The position numbers were made by a program, and so were the translations under genes. Of a stretch of DNA of 64,000 nt, positions 17,463 through 26,515 are shown piece by piece. This DNA is from a virus (taxonomy: Duplodnaviria > Caudoviricetes): IMG/VR virus record IMGVR_UViG_3300020576_002947, positions 96,001 to 160,000 of that record; one strand, given 5' to 3'. Under the pieces are notes generated by a model. The model had not been told where the DNA came from and did no database searches. It saw only the letters and a program-made list of their open reading frames with translations. Within the stretch, counting starts at the first letter, position 1. The number at the start of each line of letters is the position of its first letter.

Positions 17463-18955
17463 TAGAAGTATGCAAATTCGGGATTATTAGCTTCGTTATT
17501 ATCCCATTGTTCGTGTAGAACAGGCCTATTTATAGTAGAGCCTACTACAGTTGATTGGTGAAGAAATCTATTATAGAGGATTGGATTATTAAAAGCTGGG
17601 ACGTTAGTAGTCGTAAACATTTGACTTAGAGTTGTTATTGAACCGTACTCTCCCTTTGCATCTAGCGTAGTATAAATATCTTCTTCAGTATCAACTCTAA
17701 TCCAAGACGATGTTCCAAACGTGTTTGCAAAGTAAGAACCGTCTCTATAGTTTAAACCTGTATATGACCTAGTAAACTTAGGTAAACTCAGAACCTCATC
17801 AGTGCTACTAAGAGTCGTACTAGATGCTACCGAACTTGCTGAGTACGTTGCTGTAGTGAAAAGCAAACTCATTTTAGAGCCTAGTCTAGTTGATTCTGGG
17901 TAAAGCTGAAGAATCCTCTCCCAATCTTCTAAGCTATACTTACTCAAATTTAACTCAGGAGTAATGACTTTTAAGAACCACAAAGGATTTTCGTCTAGTG
18001 AGTAATAGTGTTCTGTAGATACTTTATTATCTATTTTTAAGGTTTTATTAAGTAAACAACTTTTTAGATAGTCAGACTGATAGTAGATTGCATAAGTACC
18101 TTCTTGCATAGTAAGAGTTGAGTTCTGACTACTATAAATCAGGTCTGTTGTTCTTATGACCTTTCCCTCTCCTACTGAGTCTACTACATAAAAATAAGAG
18201 TAGTCTGTAATAGGATTGGATGCCATCTCACTACTCAAATCAATTACACCACTAACAGTTCTCTTTACAGTACTAAACAAGTCTGCATTTTTCATTACTA
18301 CTCTATTATCGTAGATAGTAACGTAGGGCTTTAATGGGTATGTTGAGGAGCCTTCCCAATCCACTCTGCTTGGAAGCCAGTGTTCTGTATTCATCACTTC
18401 AACCTCTGAAATAACATCATTAATAGATAGTGGAATATTTAAGTTTTCACATGTTAGTTTAAAAGGCTTAAACCAGTCAGTGAGATATAAAGTGCCCCAT
18501 GACAACCAAGAGTTAACTGACTTCACCAGAGCATGTTCAAGCTTAACTAAATTATTGTTTTGTACCCACTGAGGGATGATGTACGGGCTCAGTGTATTTA
18601 AGTTATAGGGTATTACAGTAGGTTTAGTAGGCAATACTTTAGTCTGCCATCTAATACGAACCCCCATAGCTGGAACAGGTATAGGATACTCAACATCGCA
18701 AAGATAAATTATTTCATTAGAGTCATCTGAAACTACTAACCATCTAACCACACCCTCAACATAGCTAAAATTAGTAGCTTCTACAGAACCTGTAACAGTA
18801 AAAGTAAGGGGAGCTTCAGAAAGGATGAAACCAGATACATCTGCATATGTATGAGTTGATATTGGTTGATACCCCGGATTGATAAGGAAAGCTTTAAACC
18901 CTTGCTCCCAATCAGTGATAGGCCCTCCACTGTAGCTAGTATAGGTAAGGTGCAT
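17462..18955 (-). CDS. Baseplate/tail structural protein
   Basis: 497 aa; its C-terminus WDNNEANNPEFAYF matches that of 22386..23630. Confidence 0.5.
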   Translation of the reverse strand: MHLTYTSYSGGPITDWEQGFKAFLINPGYQPISTHTYADVSGFILSEAPLTFTVTGSVEATNFSYVEGVVRWLVVSDDSNEIIYLCDVEYPIPVPAMGVRIRWQTKVLPTKPTVIPYNLNTLSPYIIPQWVQNNNLVKLEHALVKSVNSWLSWGTLYLTDWFKPFKLTCENLNIPLSINDVISEVEVMNTEHWLPSRVDWEGSSTYPLKPYVTIYDNRVVMKNADLFSTVKRTVSGVIDLSSEMASNPITDYSYFYVVDSVGEGKVIRTTDLIYSSQNSTLTMQEGTYAIYYQSDYLKSCLLNKTLKIDNKVSTEHYYSLDENPLWFLKVITPELNLSKYSLEDWERILQLYPESTRLGSKMSLLFTTATYSASSVASSTTLSSTDEVLSLPKFTRSYTGLNYRDGSYFANTFGTSSWIRVDTEEDIYTTLDAKGEYGSITTLSQMFTTTNVPAFNNPILYNRFLHQSTVVGSTINRPVLHEQWDNNEANNPEFAYF

Positions 18956-18967
18956 CGTTATAAATAA

Positions 18968-18996
18968 AAATAGAGCCCTAGAATAGGGCCCTATTT
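18968..18996 (-). terminator. Intrinsic terminator-like hairpin after groEL
   Basis: Minus strand AAATAGGGCCCT-ATTCT-AGGGCTCTATTT (one G-U pair) followed by TTATTT. Confidence 0.65.
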
Positions 18997-19015
18997 GACT
19001 GGTTGTTATTTAGAG

Positions 19016-21589
19016 TTATTTTGCAGCACGCATTAGCTCTAAAAGTTGTTCTCGATTATTAGTAATCAGACCTTCAGTAGTTGTGATCTGACCGGCGATA
19101 CTTGAAGCAGTACGAACAGCAGATCTAACTACTACTAGTGGATCAATAACCATGATTTGGTCGTAAGGCACTACTTCTAGTGTCTCAATATTATACGTCA
19201 TCTTAGGATCTACGGCACCTAGGAGGCTGATTAAAAGATTTTGAATCTCATCAGTACTCCACCCGTAGTTGGTAAGGATTTTATACACAGGTGTGCAAAG
19301 GGCTTCATACAAGCTCTTCCTCATCTCGTGTGGAATATCCTCAAGAGTTGGGTCACTATAAGCTGTGATACCAGCAAGAGCCAGCATTATACCACCACCA
19401 GGAAGAATTCCATGCTGTAGAGCAGCTCTGGTAGCATTTACAGCATCTTCGTAGCGATATCGCTTTTCAACTAACTCAACAAAGTTATTTGAGCCAATCT
19501 TAATTTCTGCTGCTTTACCAGTAAGTCTTGATATTCTCTTCCTATAATAGTCAGGGCTAGTGTCTAGTTTACTAGTCAGATAGTCAATTCTTGCTTGGTA
19601 GCCTTCTCCACCATTGCCAGAAATAAAAGTAGTCTTATTCTCTAGAATGATAACCTTTTTGGCTTGACCGCACATAGCTGGCTTAATCTGAGACACATCT
19701 GTCATTAGGTCAGGTGTAATACTTACACCACCCAAGAAAGCAGCCATATCTTTCATAGACTCTCTTCGCTCATCGCTATAGTCAGGAGCCCTAACAGTAG
19801 CAATCTTTAATCTGTTGTTGAGCTTGTTCTTAGTTAAGAACTCCAAAGCCTCTCCAAACACTCCAGCAGTAACAAGAATGATTGGTCTTTCAGTACCGAA
19901 ATGGCTTCTAATAGTCTCAAGCATTTTAATTAGGTGCTGAGACTTCTCTAGTGATTGATCCATCGTAACAACAATTGGATCATCATACTCTACAGACATC
20001 TTATTGATATCAGTAATGAAGAAGGGACTCTCATAACCATTATCAAATGAAAATCCGTGAGTGTACTCTATTGTAGTATTTGCAATGTCACTCTGCCCTA
20101 AGGTAATAGCTGCATCAGGACCGACTTCTCTAAAAGCCTCTCCTACAATCTGACCTACAGTCTCATCATTACCAGCAATTTTTGCAACAGCTTCTACCAT
20201 TGGCGAAGCTAGATCAACAGGAATAGCATTGCTTTCTAGATAGTTAATGACCATTTCTGTAAATCTTTGAAGATCTACTTGTCTCTTATACCTATCCTTG
20301 TTGATAAAAGGAAGCATTGACTTGATTAACTCATAAGTCAAAAGAGTAGTGGTTGTCGTATTGTGTGTAAATACAAAATTATCTGTTACGTAAAGATTAT
20401 CAGGATTGCTTACAGAGATACACTGCATTTCTGTAAATCGACCAGTAGGGACAATTCTCAAAATAGAGTTTCCATACTTATCTCCCTTTAACTCTGTAAC
20501 ACGATAAATTGTTGTTTCAGAGTAAGAAGCTCCAGGTTTCCTTACATATTCGTAGCAAGAAACAGTCTTTCCTAGGCTTCTCATTAGCTCAACAACATCT
20601 TGTGCTAGTTGGTAACTAACTGTACCGTACTCTAACCGTCCTCTTGAATTTATATGCCCATCTGTATCAGCTAATCCTCTTAAGAGTTCTTCCCGATCTT
20701 CTATGCTCGCATAGAGATACTGTGTAGGAATAAACTTAGTTTCACTTTTTGTACCAAGTAAACCTATTTCATCAACAAGACGATGCATCGTCTTACCATC
20801 TGGAGTAATACCTCTTAACTTTACTCTGTGATAATGTTTATTCTCATTATAAACAGAGTAAGCCTCAATCCCATCAGGAAGCGGCAAGCTATCAATAATA
20901 TGTTCCTGGTCTTCGGCTAGTGATAATTCTATACTACCTGTACCACTTAAACTACCATCTCCTATTAATAGACCTACTAGGTAAGGGTGTAAAGTTTGGT
21001 TACTAGTGTGAAAGTCTACCCACGATTGAGGAGTAAAAAAGCGTGTGCCATCCCTATGCTCATTAGAGTGCATTTCATCTAATATTCGTTTTGTAGTTAA
21101 AGTTTTGACTTTACCCCAACTAGTAGTTACTGTCCATAGATGATCTTCACAGCACTCTACTACACGGTCACCTCCTAGGTACACCTCGTAAATTTCTTTT
21201 TTACCTTTAGGGTAGATTCCCTCAACTTCCTGAATCGTACCATTGGCCCCACATACCACATCACCTACTTTTAAAGATCCCATCGTTACCCATCCTTGCG
21301 GGGTAAGAATTTTACTATAGAGAGGCTGTGGTCCATCGCCAGCAAGCTCATTAGCTTTAATAGCCGCTTGCTTAACTAGCTGAGCACCCATGTTCTCCGC
21401 TTCATCTAGCAGAACAATATTCCGTGCTACTGTTACTCCGTCTTTTGTGGTAAGGGGGAATTGGTCCCCATAAAGTACTGAACCTCCACCAGGCCCCATA
21501 GTGCATGAAACGATGTCAGATAACTTCTTAGCGCCTTCAATAAGTGGATTGCGTGCAAGCTCACCATGCCGAATATCTTTTCCAGTCAT
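19016..21589 (-). CDS. groEL: Phage group I chaperonin GroEL-like protein, intein-containing (533 aa after splicing)
   Basis: TMGPGG, TKDGVTVA, AGDG|TTTT, EDAVNATRAA, ILPGGG and VIDP motifs of Cpn60. 857 aa minus a 324-aa insert gives 533 aa. Confidence 0.95.
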   Translation of the reverse strand: MTGKDIRHGELARNPLIEGAKKLSDIVSCTMGPGGGSVLYGDQFPLTTKDGVTVARNIVLLDEAENMGAQLVKQAAIKANELAGDGPQPLYSKILTPQGWVTMGSLKVGDVVCGANGTIQEVEGIYPKGKKEIYEVYLGGDRVVECCEDHLWTVTTSWGKVKTLTTKRILDEMHSNEHRDGTRFFTPQSWVDFHTSNQTLHPYLVGLLIGDGSLSGTGSIELSLAEDQEHIIDSLPLPDGIEAYSVYNENKHYHRVKLRGITPDGKTMHRLVDEIGLLGTKSETKFIPTQYLYASIEDREELLRGLADTDGHINSRGRLEYGTVSYQLAQDVVELMRSLGKTVSCYEYVRKPGASYSETTIYRVTELKGDKYGNSILRIVPTGRFTEMQCISVSNPDNLYVTDNFVFTHNTTTTTLLTYELIKSMLPFINKDRYKRQVDLQRFTEMVINYLESNAIPVDLASPMVEAVAKIAGNDETVGQIVGEAFREVGPDAAITLGQSDIANTTIEYTHGFSFDNGYESPFFITDINKMSVEYDDPIVVTMDQSLEKSQHLIKMLETIRSHFGTERPIILVTAGVFGEALEFLTKNKLNNRLKIATVRAPDYSDERRESMKDMAAFLGGVSITPDLMTDVSQIKPAMCGQAKKVIILENKTTFISGNGGEGYQARIDYLTSKLDTSPDYYRKRISRLTGKAAEIKIGSNNFVELVEKRYRYEDAVNATRAALQHGILPGGGIMLALAGITAYSDPTLEDIPHEMRKSLYEALCTPVYKILTNYGWSTDEIQNLLISLLGAVDPKMTYNIETLEVVPYDQIMVIDPLVVVRSAVRTASSIAGQITTTEGLITNNREQLLELMRAAK
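20360..21331 (-). mobile_element. Intein with LAGLIDADG homing endonuclease (class 3 type, Pro1)
   Basis: Residues 87-410. Block A PQPLYSKILTPQG, block B ECCEDHLW, endonuclease blocks YLVGLLIGDG and LLRGLADTDG, block F MQCISV, block G FVFTHN followed by Thr+1. Confidence 0.93.
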
Positions 21590-21614
21590 ACTTATAATGT
21601 ACGTAAAAGATTAA

Positions 21615-21637
21615 AGGGGTCTCACTAGGAGACCCCT
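21615..21637. terminator. Bidirectional terminator-like hairpin upstream of groEL
   Basis: AGGGGTCTC-ACTAG-GAGACCCCT perfect stem with T-rich flanks on both strands. Confidence 0.65.
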
Positions 21638-21674
21638 CTTTTTGCCCAGGAGATCAAGGAAGGAAAAACTGAAG

Positions 21675-21926
21675 CTACTCTTCTGGCTCAGGCTTGGAAA
21701 GTTTACTAATATGCTTCTTAAAGGTATTGAAACTCATGTAGTTTCCAATAACTGCGAGCACGACGGCAATGATTAGATACTTCAGATACTCTAAAATGGT
21801 ATCTGAACTCTCAGGAAACAGGTTCTTCGTTAAGAATAAAGCCGAGACGGTAACGATGAACACACCTACCATCTTCAACAGCTTATCGACCTTAAATTCA
21901 ATTTTTTGTTCGCTCATAATAATCAC
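21675..21926 (-). CDS. Small two-TM membrane protein (holin-like)
   Basis: 83 aa; two hydrophobic helices and a charged C-terminal tail. The holin function is inference only. Confidence 0.4.
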   Translation of the reverse strand: MIIMSEQKIEFKVDKLLKMVGVFIVTVSALFLTKNLFPESSDTILEYLKYLIIAVVLAVIGNYMSFNTFKKHISKLSKPEPEE

Positions 21927-22465
21927 CTACTGGCGGTATATAAAACTAAGCAGTCACACACAGTCTCTCTCAAGTACTTAGGACAACTCTCTATCTGTTT
22001 ATAACTAGAGGGTAGGATCATTAGCACACTTGTCATTATTTGAGTTTTATCTAAGTTTCCATTACCAAAAACTTCTTTCTTAGCTGTTTTAGGTTGTATT
22101 GGAATAAATAAGGTAATCTTTTTATTAAGCAAAAGACTGTAGACTAGTCCTTGGCAGAAGCTTAATGCTTTCACAGCAGAGAAACTTTGAGACCCTACAG
22201 GAGTCTCTGTGATGATAGTAGTTATATCGTGCTTATTGATTACTTCATCAATTGTTTGAAGGAAATTAACAGCAGTGGTTTCGAGATTCTTGCTATCTCC
22301 TTTCATTGACCCCCAGTCAACGAGATTATAGTCGTTAACTACAGCCCACCCAAAACACGATATGCTTGGGTCTAGAACGAGTATATTAGAAGAATGCAAA
22401 CTCTGAGGGATCTTGGATATCTGCGTCCCAGAGGGTTGCGGTTTTCGCACGGTTTTGGTTTTCAA
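21923..22465 (-). CDS. ruvC: RuvC-like Holliday junction resolvase (start uncertain)
   Basis: ILVLDPSISCFGWAVV, IITETP, PKTAKKEVFGNGNLDK and C-terminal ETVCDC motifs of the RuvC family. Confidence 0.85.
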   Translation of the reverse strand: MKTKTVRKPQPSGTQISKIPQSLHSSNILVLDPSISCFGWAVVNDYNLVDWGSMKGDSKNLETTAVNFLQTIDEVINKHDITTIITETPVGSQSFSAVKALSFCQGLVYSLLLNKKITLFIPIQPKTAKKEVFGNGNLDKTQIMTSVLMILPSSYKQIESCPKYLRETVCDCLVLYTASR

Positions 22466-23630
22466 TATTTACTCCTGAGTACTGCACAGCACTAGGCATT
22501 TCTTGCTCAGAAAGCTGCCAAACACCTGTATCAGAAAACACCTCACATAGAGCAGACTTTCCTTGGAAAGAGCCCCTATCCCAACCGAACTCTCCAATAG
22601 TAGCTTCTTTGATTGTGTTATCTATTGTAATGTCATCAGTTGAAAAGTAGGTTAGAGATAAATACTTTGGATGATTGATACAAAAGTTTTGTGCTGAGAC
22701 TGACGGGGTATAAGAAGACGCTAAATTAAAAGCACCGGCTAGAATAGCTTCGTAGTATTGGGAACTTGGTTGAAACTCTAGCTTTAGTATAGGGTCTAGT
22801 CGTAAGCTAAGCTGATAAGAAGTTTCAGGTTCAAGCCTATGAAGATTGTAAATCAATCCAAGACTGTCTACGCTTGTCCACATTTTTTGCCTTTCAGCAG
22901 TTACAGTAACACTATTGTTAACTAGTATATCAATATATCTTTGCTGATAACCTGAGCGTTTATACATAAACTCAAATATACCTGACACACCTAAGCTTCC
23001 AGCTCTCATAACATTTGAGGATATAGTTACAAAGTTATTAGTATGTCCAGGGTGCCTAGCAAAAACAAAACTTTCTCCACTCCATAATCCGTCAGGCAAG
23101 GTTGGGATAGTGGAGTCATCTATAATAGCAGATGCATAACCAACTGAGAAAAGAAAGATTCTATCATTATCCCAAACCCAAGCAGTCTCAGGAGTTACTA
23201 AAGACTCATAGTAGTTCTTATTTCTACAAGTTAGAAACGTGTTGTTTACAGATAGTTTTACAGTGGTAGGGTAGTCTTGGTAGTTAACGACCCATCCAAA
23301 ACTTTCCTCATCAAGATTATATCCTAACCCAATATTAAAATATTCTCCTAGTATAAAAGACTTCATGTTCTGAGTCTGATTTGCTAGATTAACTAATAAA
23401 GAGTTTAATAAATCAGGACCTAAAAAGCTTGTACCAGCATTAGTTATTACTGTGCTAGGTAATGTTGTTAGGGATGACACCGACCCTTGATCTAGCGTAA
23501 TAGGCGTTGTAGGATCATAAAAAACAGCATCCTCAAAAGCACCTTCTACTCGATTGATTGAAAACCATCGAGGTAAGTAACCGAAACTAGGCACCCAGTT
23601 AGGTGCGAGTATGTTGCCAAAATCTAACAA
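22386..23630 (-). CDS. Baseplate wedge protein (P2 gpI-like motif)
   Basis: 414 aa; follows the gpJ-like gene; VDSLGLIYNLHRLEPETSYQLSLRL resembles the LDxxG…R..GE.D..YR motif. Confidence 0.6.
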   Translation of the reverse strand: MLDFGNILAPNWVPSFGYLPRWFSINRVEGAFEDAVFYDPTTPITLDQGSVSSLTTLPSTVITNAGTSFLGPDLLNSLLVNLANQTQNMKSFILGEYFNIGLGYNLDEESFGWVVNYQDYPTTVKLSVNNTFLTCRNKNYYESLVTPETAWVWDNDRIFLFSVGYASAIIDDSTIPTLPDGLWSGESFVFARHPGHTNNFVTISSNVMRAGSLGVSGIFEFMYKRSGYQQRYIDILVNNSVTVTAERQKMWTSVDSLGLIYNLHRLEPETSYQLSLRLDPILKLEFQPSSQYYEAILAGAFNLASSYTPSVSAQNFCINHPKYLSLTYFSTDDITIDNTIKEATIGEFGWDRGSFQGKSALCEVFSDTGVWQLSEQEMPSAVQYSGVNIENQNRAKTATLWDADIQDPSEFAFF

Positions 23631-23631
23631 A

Positions 23632-24741
23632 TTATTGAACTGTTATTGTGGAAGGGAAGACTTTATCTCCAATATTAAGTTGAACAGAGTCCTGATTCCC
23701 TACTCTGACTCCGTCAAGGTAACAATCAAGCCTTGTTGACAGAACGCTAGGACTTACAGCATATATTCTACTAGTAGCTTCTGCGAAGTTAATTGTAGCT
23801 GTTCCAGTGCCGTCTTCGATTGGCAACTGCTCGATAAAGCTTGTAAGTATCTGCTTAATTTGATTCCTTATACCTTCTCTCTGATTTTCAGTATTAGGTT
23901 TAAACTGTAAGGAGACATCAAATTTAACGTATCTAATTACTGGTGAAATAGCTTTAGCAGAAAGTCCAATAAAACTGTAAGTATCTAGCATCTCTTGTGC
24001 AATAGATCTTAAATTCTCTGAGTCAGCAACTGAGTGAGGTACTATAATACAATCGAAAGTACCATAACCTCTTCTCATCGGAAGTACAATAGTATCCTGA
24101 ATGCCAGGAATCTGGCGAAGTAAAGCAACTACAACATCCTTGTTAAATACAGCTCTGTGTCTCAAAGCTTGAATAATACGCTCTCTTAAAGAATCATCAG
24201 ACTCTAAATAAGAACCTGAGCCTAGTGGAAGTAAGTTGGTTACTGTAATAACGTTTGGTGCGTAGTTTGTAGAATCGATATAGCCTGCAGGAATGTTATA
24301 AGAGTCGCCTACTTCGTCGGCAAGTACATGTGCCGTTTCATACTCACCTGCTGCAAGTGTTAGTGCTTCTGTAGTATAGTAAGCAAGTTGAGGATTACTC
24401 TTACTCCAAACTCTAGTCTGAGCTGGGATAATAACCTGAGATCCACCAAGGTTTGTAAATCTTACTGATCTCGCTGATCCAATAGTGGTTGATCTAATTG
24501 CAGGCTTACGACGAATACCTAGATTCCTAGCCCATAGGTCTAAACCTTGACCAGAAGCTGTATGAACATCCATTTGAAGGGACAACTCTTCAAGTTGAAG
24601 TGCAAGTTTATGAGTCTCAGAGGCGAATATTTTTACTAGAGTACCAAGAACTGTGTCGTCAATTGATCCAGTTATATCAGTAGCCTCTACAACCTTCTGC
24701 CAAAAACTGTTCTCAATATCTTTATATGAGGGAGCTACCAT
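23632..24741 (-). CDS. Baseplate J/gp47-like wedge protein
   Basis: TASGQGLDLWARNLGIRRKPA, IPAQT, NIPAG and ESDDSLRERI are hallmark Baseplate_J motifs. Confidence 0.92.
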   Translation of the reverse strand: MVAPSYKDIENSFWQKVVEATDITGSIDDTVLGTLVKIFASETHKLALQLEELSLQMDVHTASGQGLDLWARNLGIRRKPAIRSTTIGSARSVRFTNLGGSQVIIPAQTRVWSKSNPQLAYYTTEALTLAAGEYETAHVLADEVGDSYNIPAGYIDSTNYAPNVITVTNLLPLGSGSYLESDDSLRERIIQALRHRAVFNKDVVVALLRQIPGIQDTIVLPMRRGYGTFDCIIVPHSVADSENLRSIAQEMLDTYSFIGLSAKAISPVIRYVKFDVSLQFKPNTENQREGIRNQIKQILTSFIEQLPIEDGTGTATINFAEATSRIYAVSPSVLSTRLDCYLDGVRVGNQDSVQLNIGDKVFPSTITVQ

Positions 24742-25145
24742 TATATTACTTTAGAGGGTTCAAAAGAAGTTGTTTCTAAGGTTGTATAGTCTAGAAGATA
24801 GACCACCAATTCCCCATAAGTTTCAACTAAGTCAAGCACCCGACTATCAGAGTTGAGCACTTTAGTCATTTTTGTTAGCACTATTCTAGAACTAAACAGT
24901 TTTGCGTTGCCATTAAAAGCAACGATTTCAAACTTATCAAACCTATAAGGAATCCCAAGAAGTCTCTTTTCCTTGTGCCAGACAAGGCACTGCGTATCAC
25001 TAAAGGATACGCAGTTTAATCCAATGCCACAGGGGACTCTCTTATCCTCTGACAAACCATAAATTGATACTGAAGTTATATCTAAAACATCAGGCTTCTT
25101 TTCTGACTTTTTAAATATTCCTTTAATCTTTTCTAGTAAATTCAT
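24741..25145 (-). CDS. Hypothetical protein
   Basis: 134-aa coupled ORF; no motif recognised. Confidence 0.55.
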   Translation of the reverse strand: MNLLEKIKGIFKKSEKKPDVLDITSVSIYGLSEDKRVPCGIGLNCVSFSDTQCLVWHKEKRLLGIPYRFDKFEIVAFNGNAKLFSSRIVLTKMTKVLNSDSRVLDLVETYGELVVYLLDYTTLETTSFEPSKVI

Positions 25146-25149
25146 TATT

Positions 25150-26502
25150 TTATCCCCATGCCTTGTAGTATGAATTCTTATACTTTACAGGATTCTCTGG
25201 ATCTGCTTGGATAGGACAAGGCTGGTTTCTACCATACTTACCATACTCCTGATACTCACTTTTAGGTAAACTAACCAAAGGAGGTCCGACATGACCTGAT
25301 CTAACTCTAGTCTCAACCTGCATCCAAGAATTAACCCAGTCTTGAATATGACCCTCCATAGATCTATTTTTGAATACCCATTCTCTAGACTCAGACGCAA
25401 GAGACTTTCTTTTCTCTGGATTCTCAATAAGATAACTTAAAGCTGAGGTCCAAGAAGGAAAACATTCCTTTGACTGCCCAACTAAAAGTAGCTTACCGCC
25501 CGTTTCAAAATGTGTACGAGCATAAGGAGCACAAGAAGTTCCTACAAATGCAGCTCCTGACGCGGAAGCTTCTAAGTACTTTAAGTCTGACTTTGCCATA
25601 TTAAACTGGTTAACTACTAGCGGACCTATTTGGATATCCATACCCTTGAGTCCTACAGGATGGTCTAAGAAGTGCCTTCCTGGAATATAGATGATTCTAT
25701 CAGGAGTCAATAAGTTATCCTTATCAAACTTTTTAATAAACTTTGTAAATAAGTCTTGTATGGTTGGGGATGAGTAGATAGCAAATACAGTGTTAGGGTA
25801 CTTTAAAAGAACTCTAGTGATCTCTCCAGCCATCGAGTCAAAGTCTTCAATGTGTGTATTCCCACAAGAATATCCAATGACTATCTTATCTCCATACTCA
25901 GCCGGACGTTCAATCGGTAGCAATGTTGCGTGAATATTATTACCATCCCACTTAATATCAGCACTCCAATCACGCTGAGAGAAATCTATATGATTGAGAA
26001 GCTTAAATACATTTTGATTATTCTTCTTATACCACTTACCAAGCTCAAGAGTTGAAACAGTAACACCTGAGCACAGCCTCATGGTCTTGTCTATGTATTC
26101 AAGCTCTTCTGTTCCTTGATGGTATACAGAGTACGATGGATTCTTAGGGGAGACATGGTGCAGATCGTCGTCAATCTCATAAACTACTGTCTTTCTTAGC
26201 CACATTGCCTCTGTTAGTAGACCATTAATATCTTTTCTATGCTGTCGAGGAGCTAGTATAGTAGGGTACTCCATCATATCAAGATAATTAAGAGTTGATG
26301 CTACCTTTACGTTAGCCCCAAGCTGTTTCAAGATATTTAATGGTAGGATGATTCGGTAGTACCCACAGGCACTCCAGTCACCCACAAGACCTAAAACTTT
26401 TAACCCATTATATTTATTACCATGAACTTCACTTGGTAGTGTGTGTTCAGGATTAAGTATCCTCTTGGAGATACTATCTGAGTACTCTTTATCAAACAAC
26501 AT
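25150..26502 (-). CDS. GT-B fold glycosyltransferase (GT4-like)
   Basis: SACGYYRIILP, VVYEIDDDL, VTVST, and FNMAKSDLKYLEASASG donor-binding motif. Confidence 0.85.
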   Translation of the reverse strand: MLFDKEYSDSISKRILNPEHTLPSEVHGNKYNGLKVLGLVGDWSACGYYRIILPLNILKQLGANVKVASTLNYLDMMEYPTILAPRQHRKDINGLLTEAMWLRKTVVYEIDDDLHHVSPKNPSYSVYHQGTEELEYIDKTMRLCSGVTVSTLELGKWYKKNNQNVFKLLNHIDFSQRDWSADIKWDGNNIHATLLPIERPAEYGDKIVIGYSCGNTHIEDFDSMAGEITRVLLKYPNTVFAIYSSPTIQDLFTKFIKKFDKDNLLTPDRIIYIPGRHFLDHPVGLKGMDIQIGPLVVNQFNMAKSDLKYLEASASGAAFVGTSCAPYARTHFETGGKLLLVGQSKECFPSWTSALSYLIENPEKRKSLASESREWVFKNRSMEGHIQDWVNSWMQVETRVRSGHVGPPLVSLPKSEYQEYGKYGRNQPCPIQADPENPVKYKNSYYKAWG

Positions 26503-26515
26503 TACTTATTAATGT

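Noticed and set aside
18959-18966. T4-type late promoter TATAAATA
   Set aside because: It occurs on the + strand, opposite to gene orientation, within the A-rich flank of a terminator; probably incidental.
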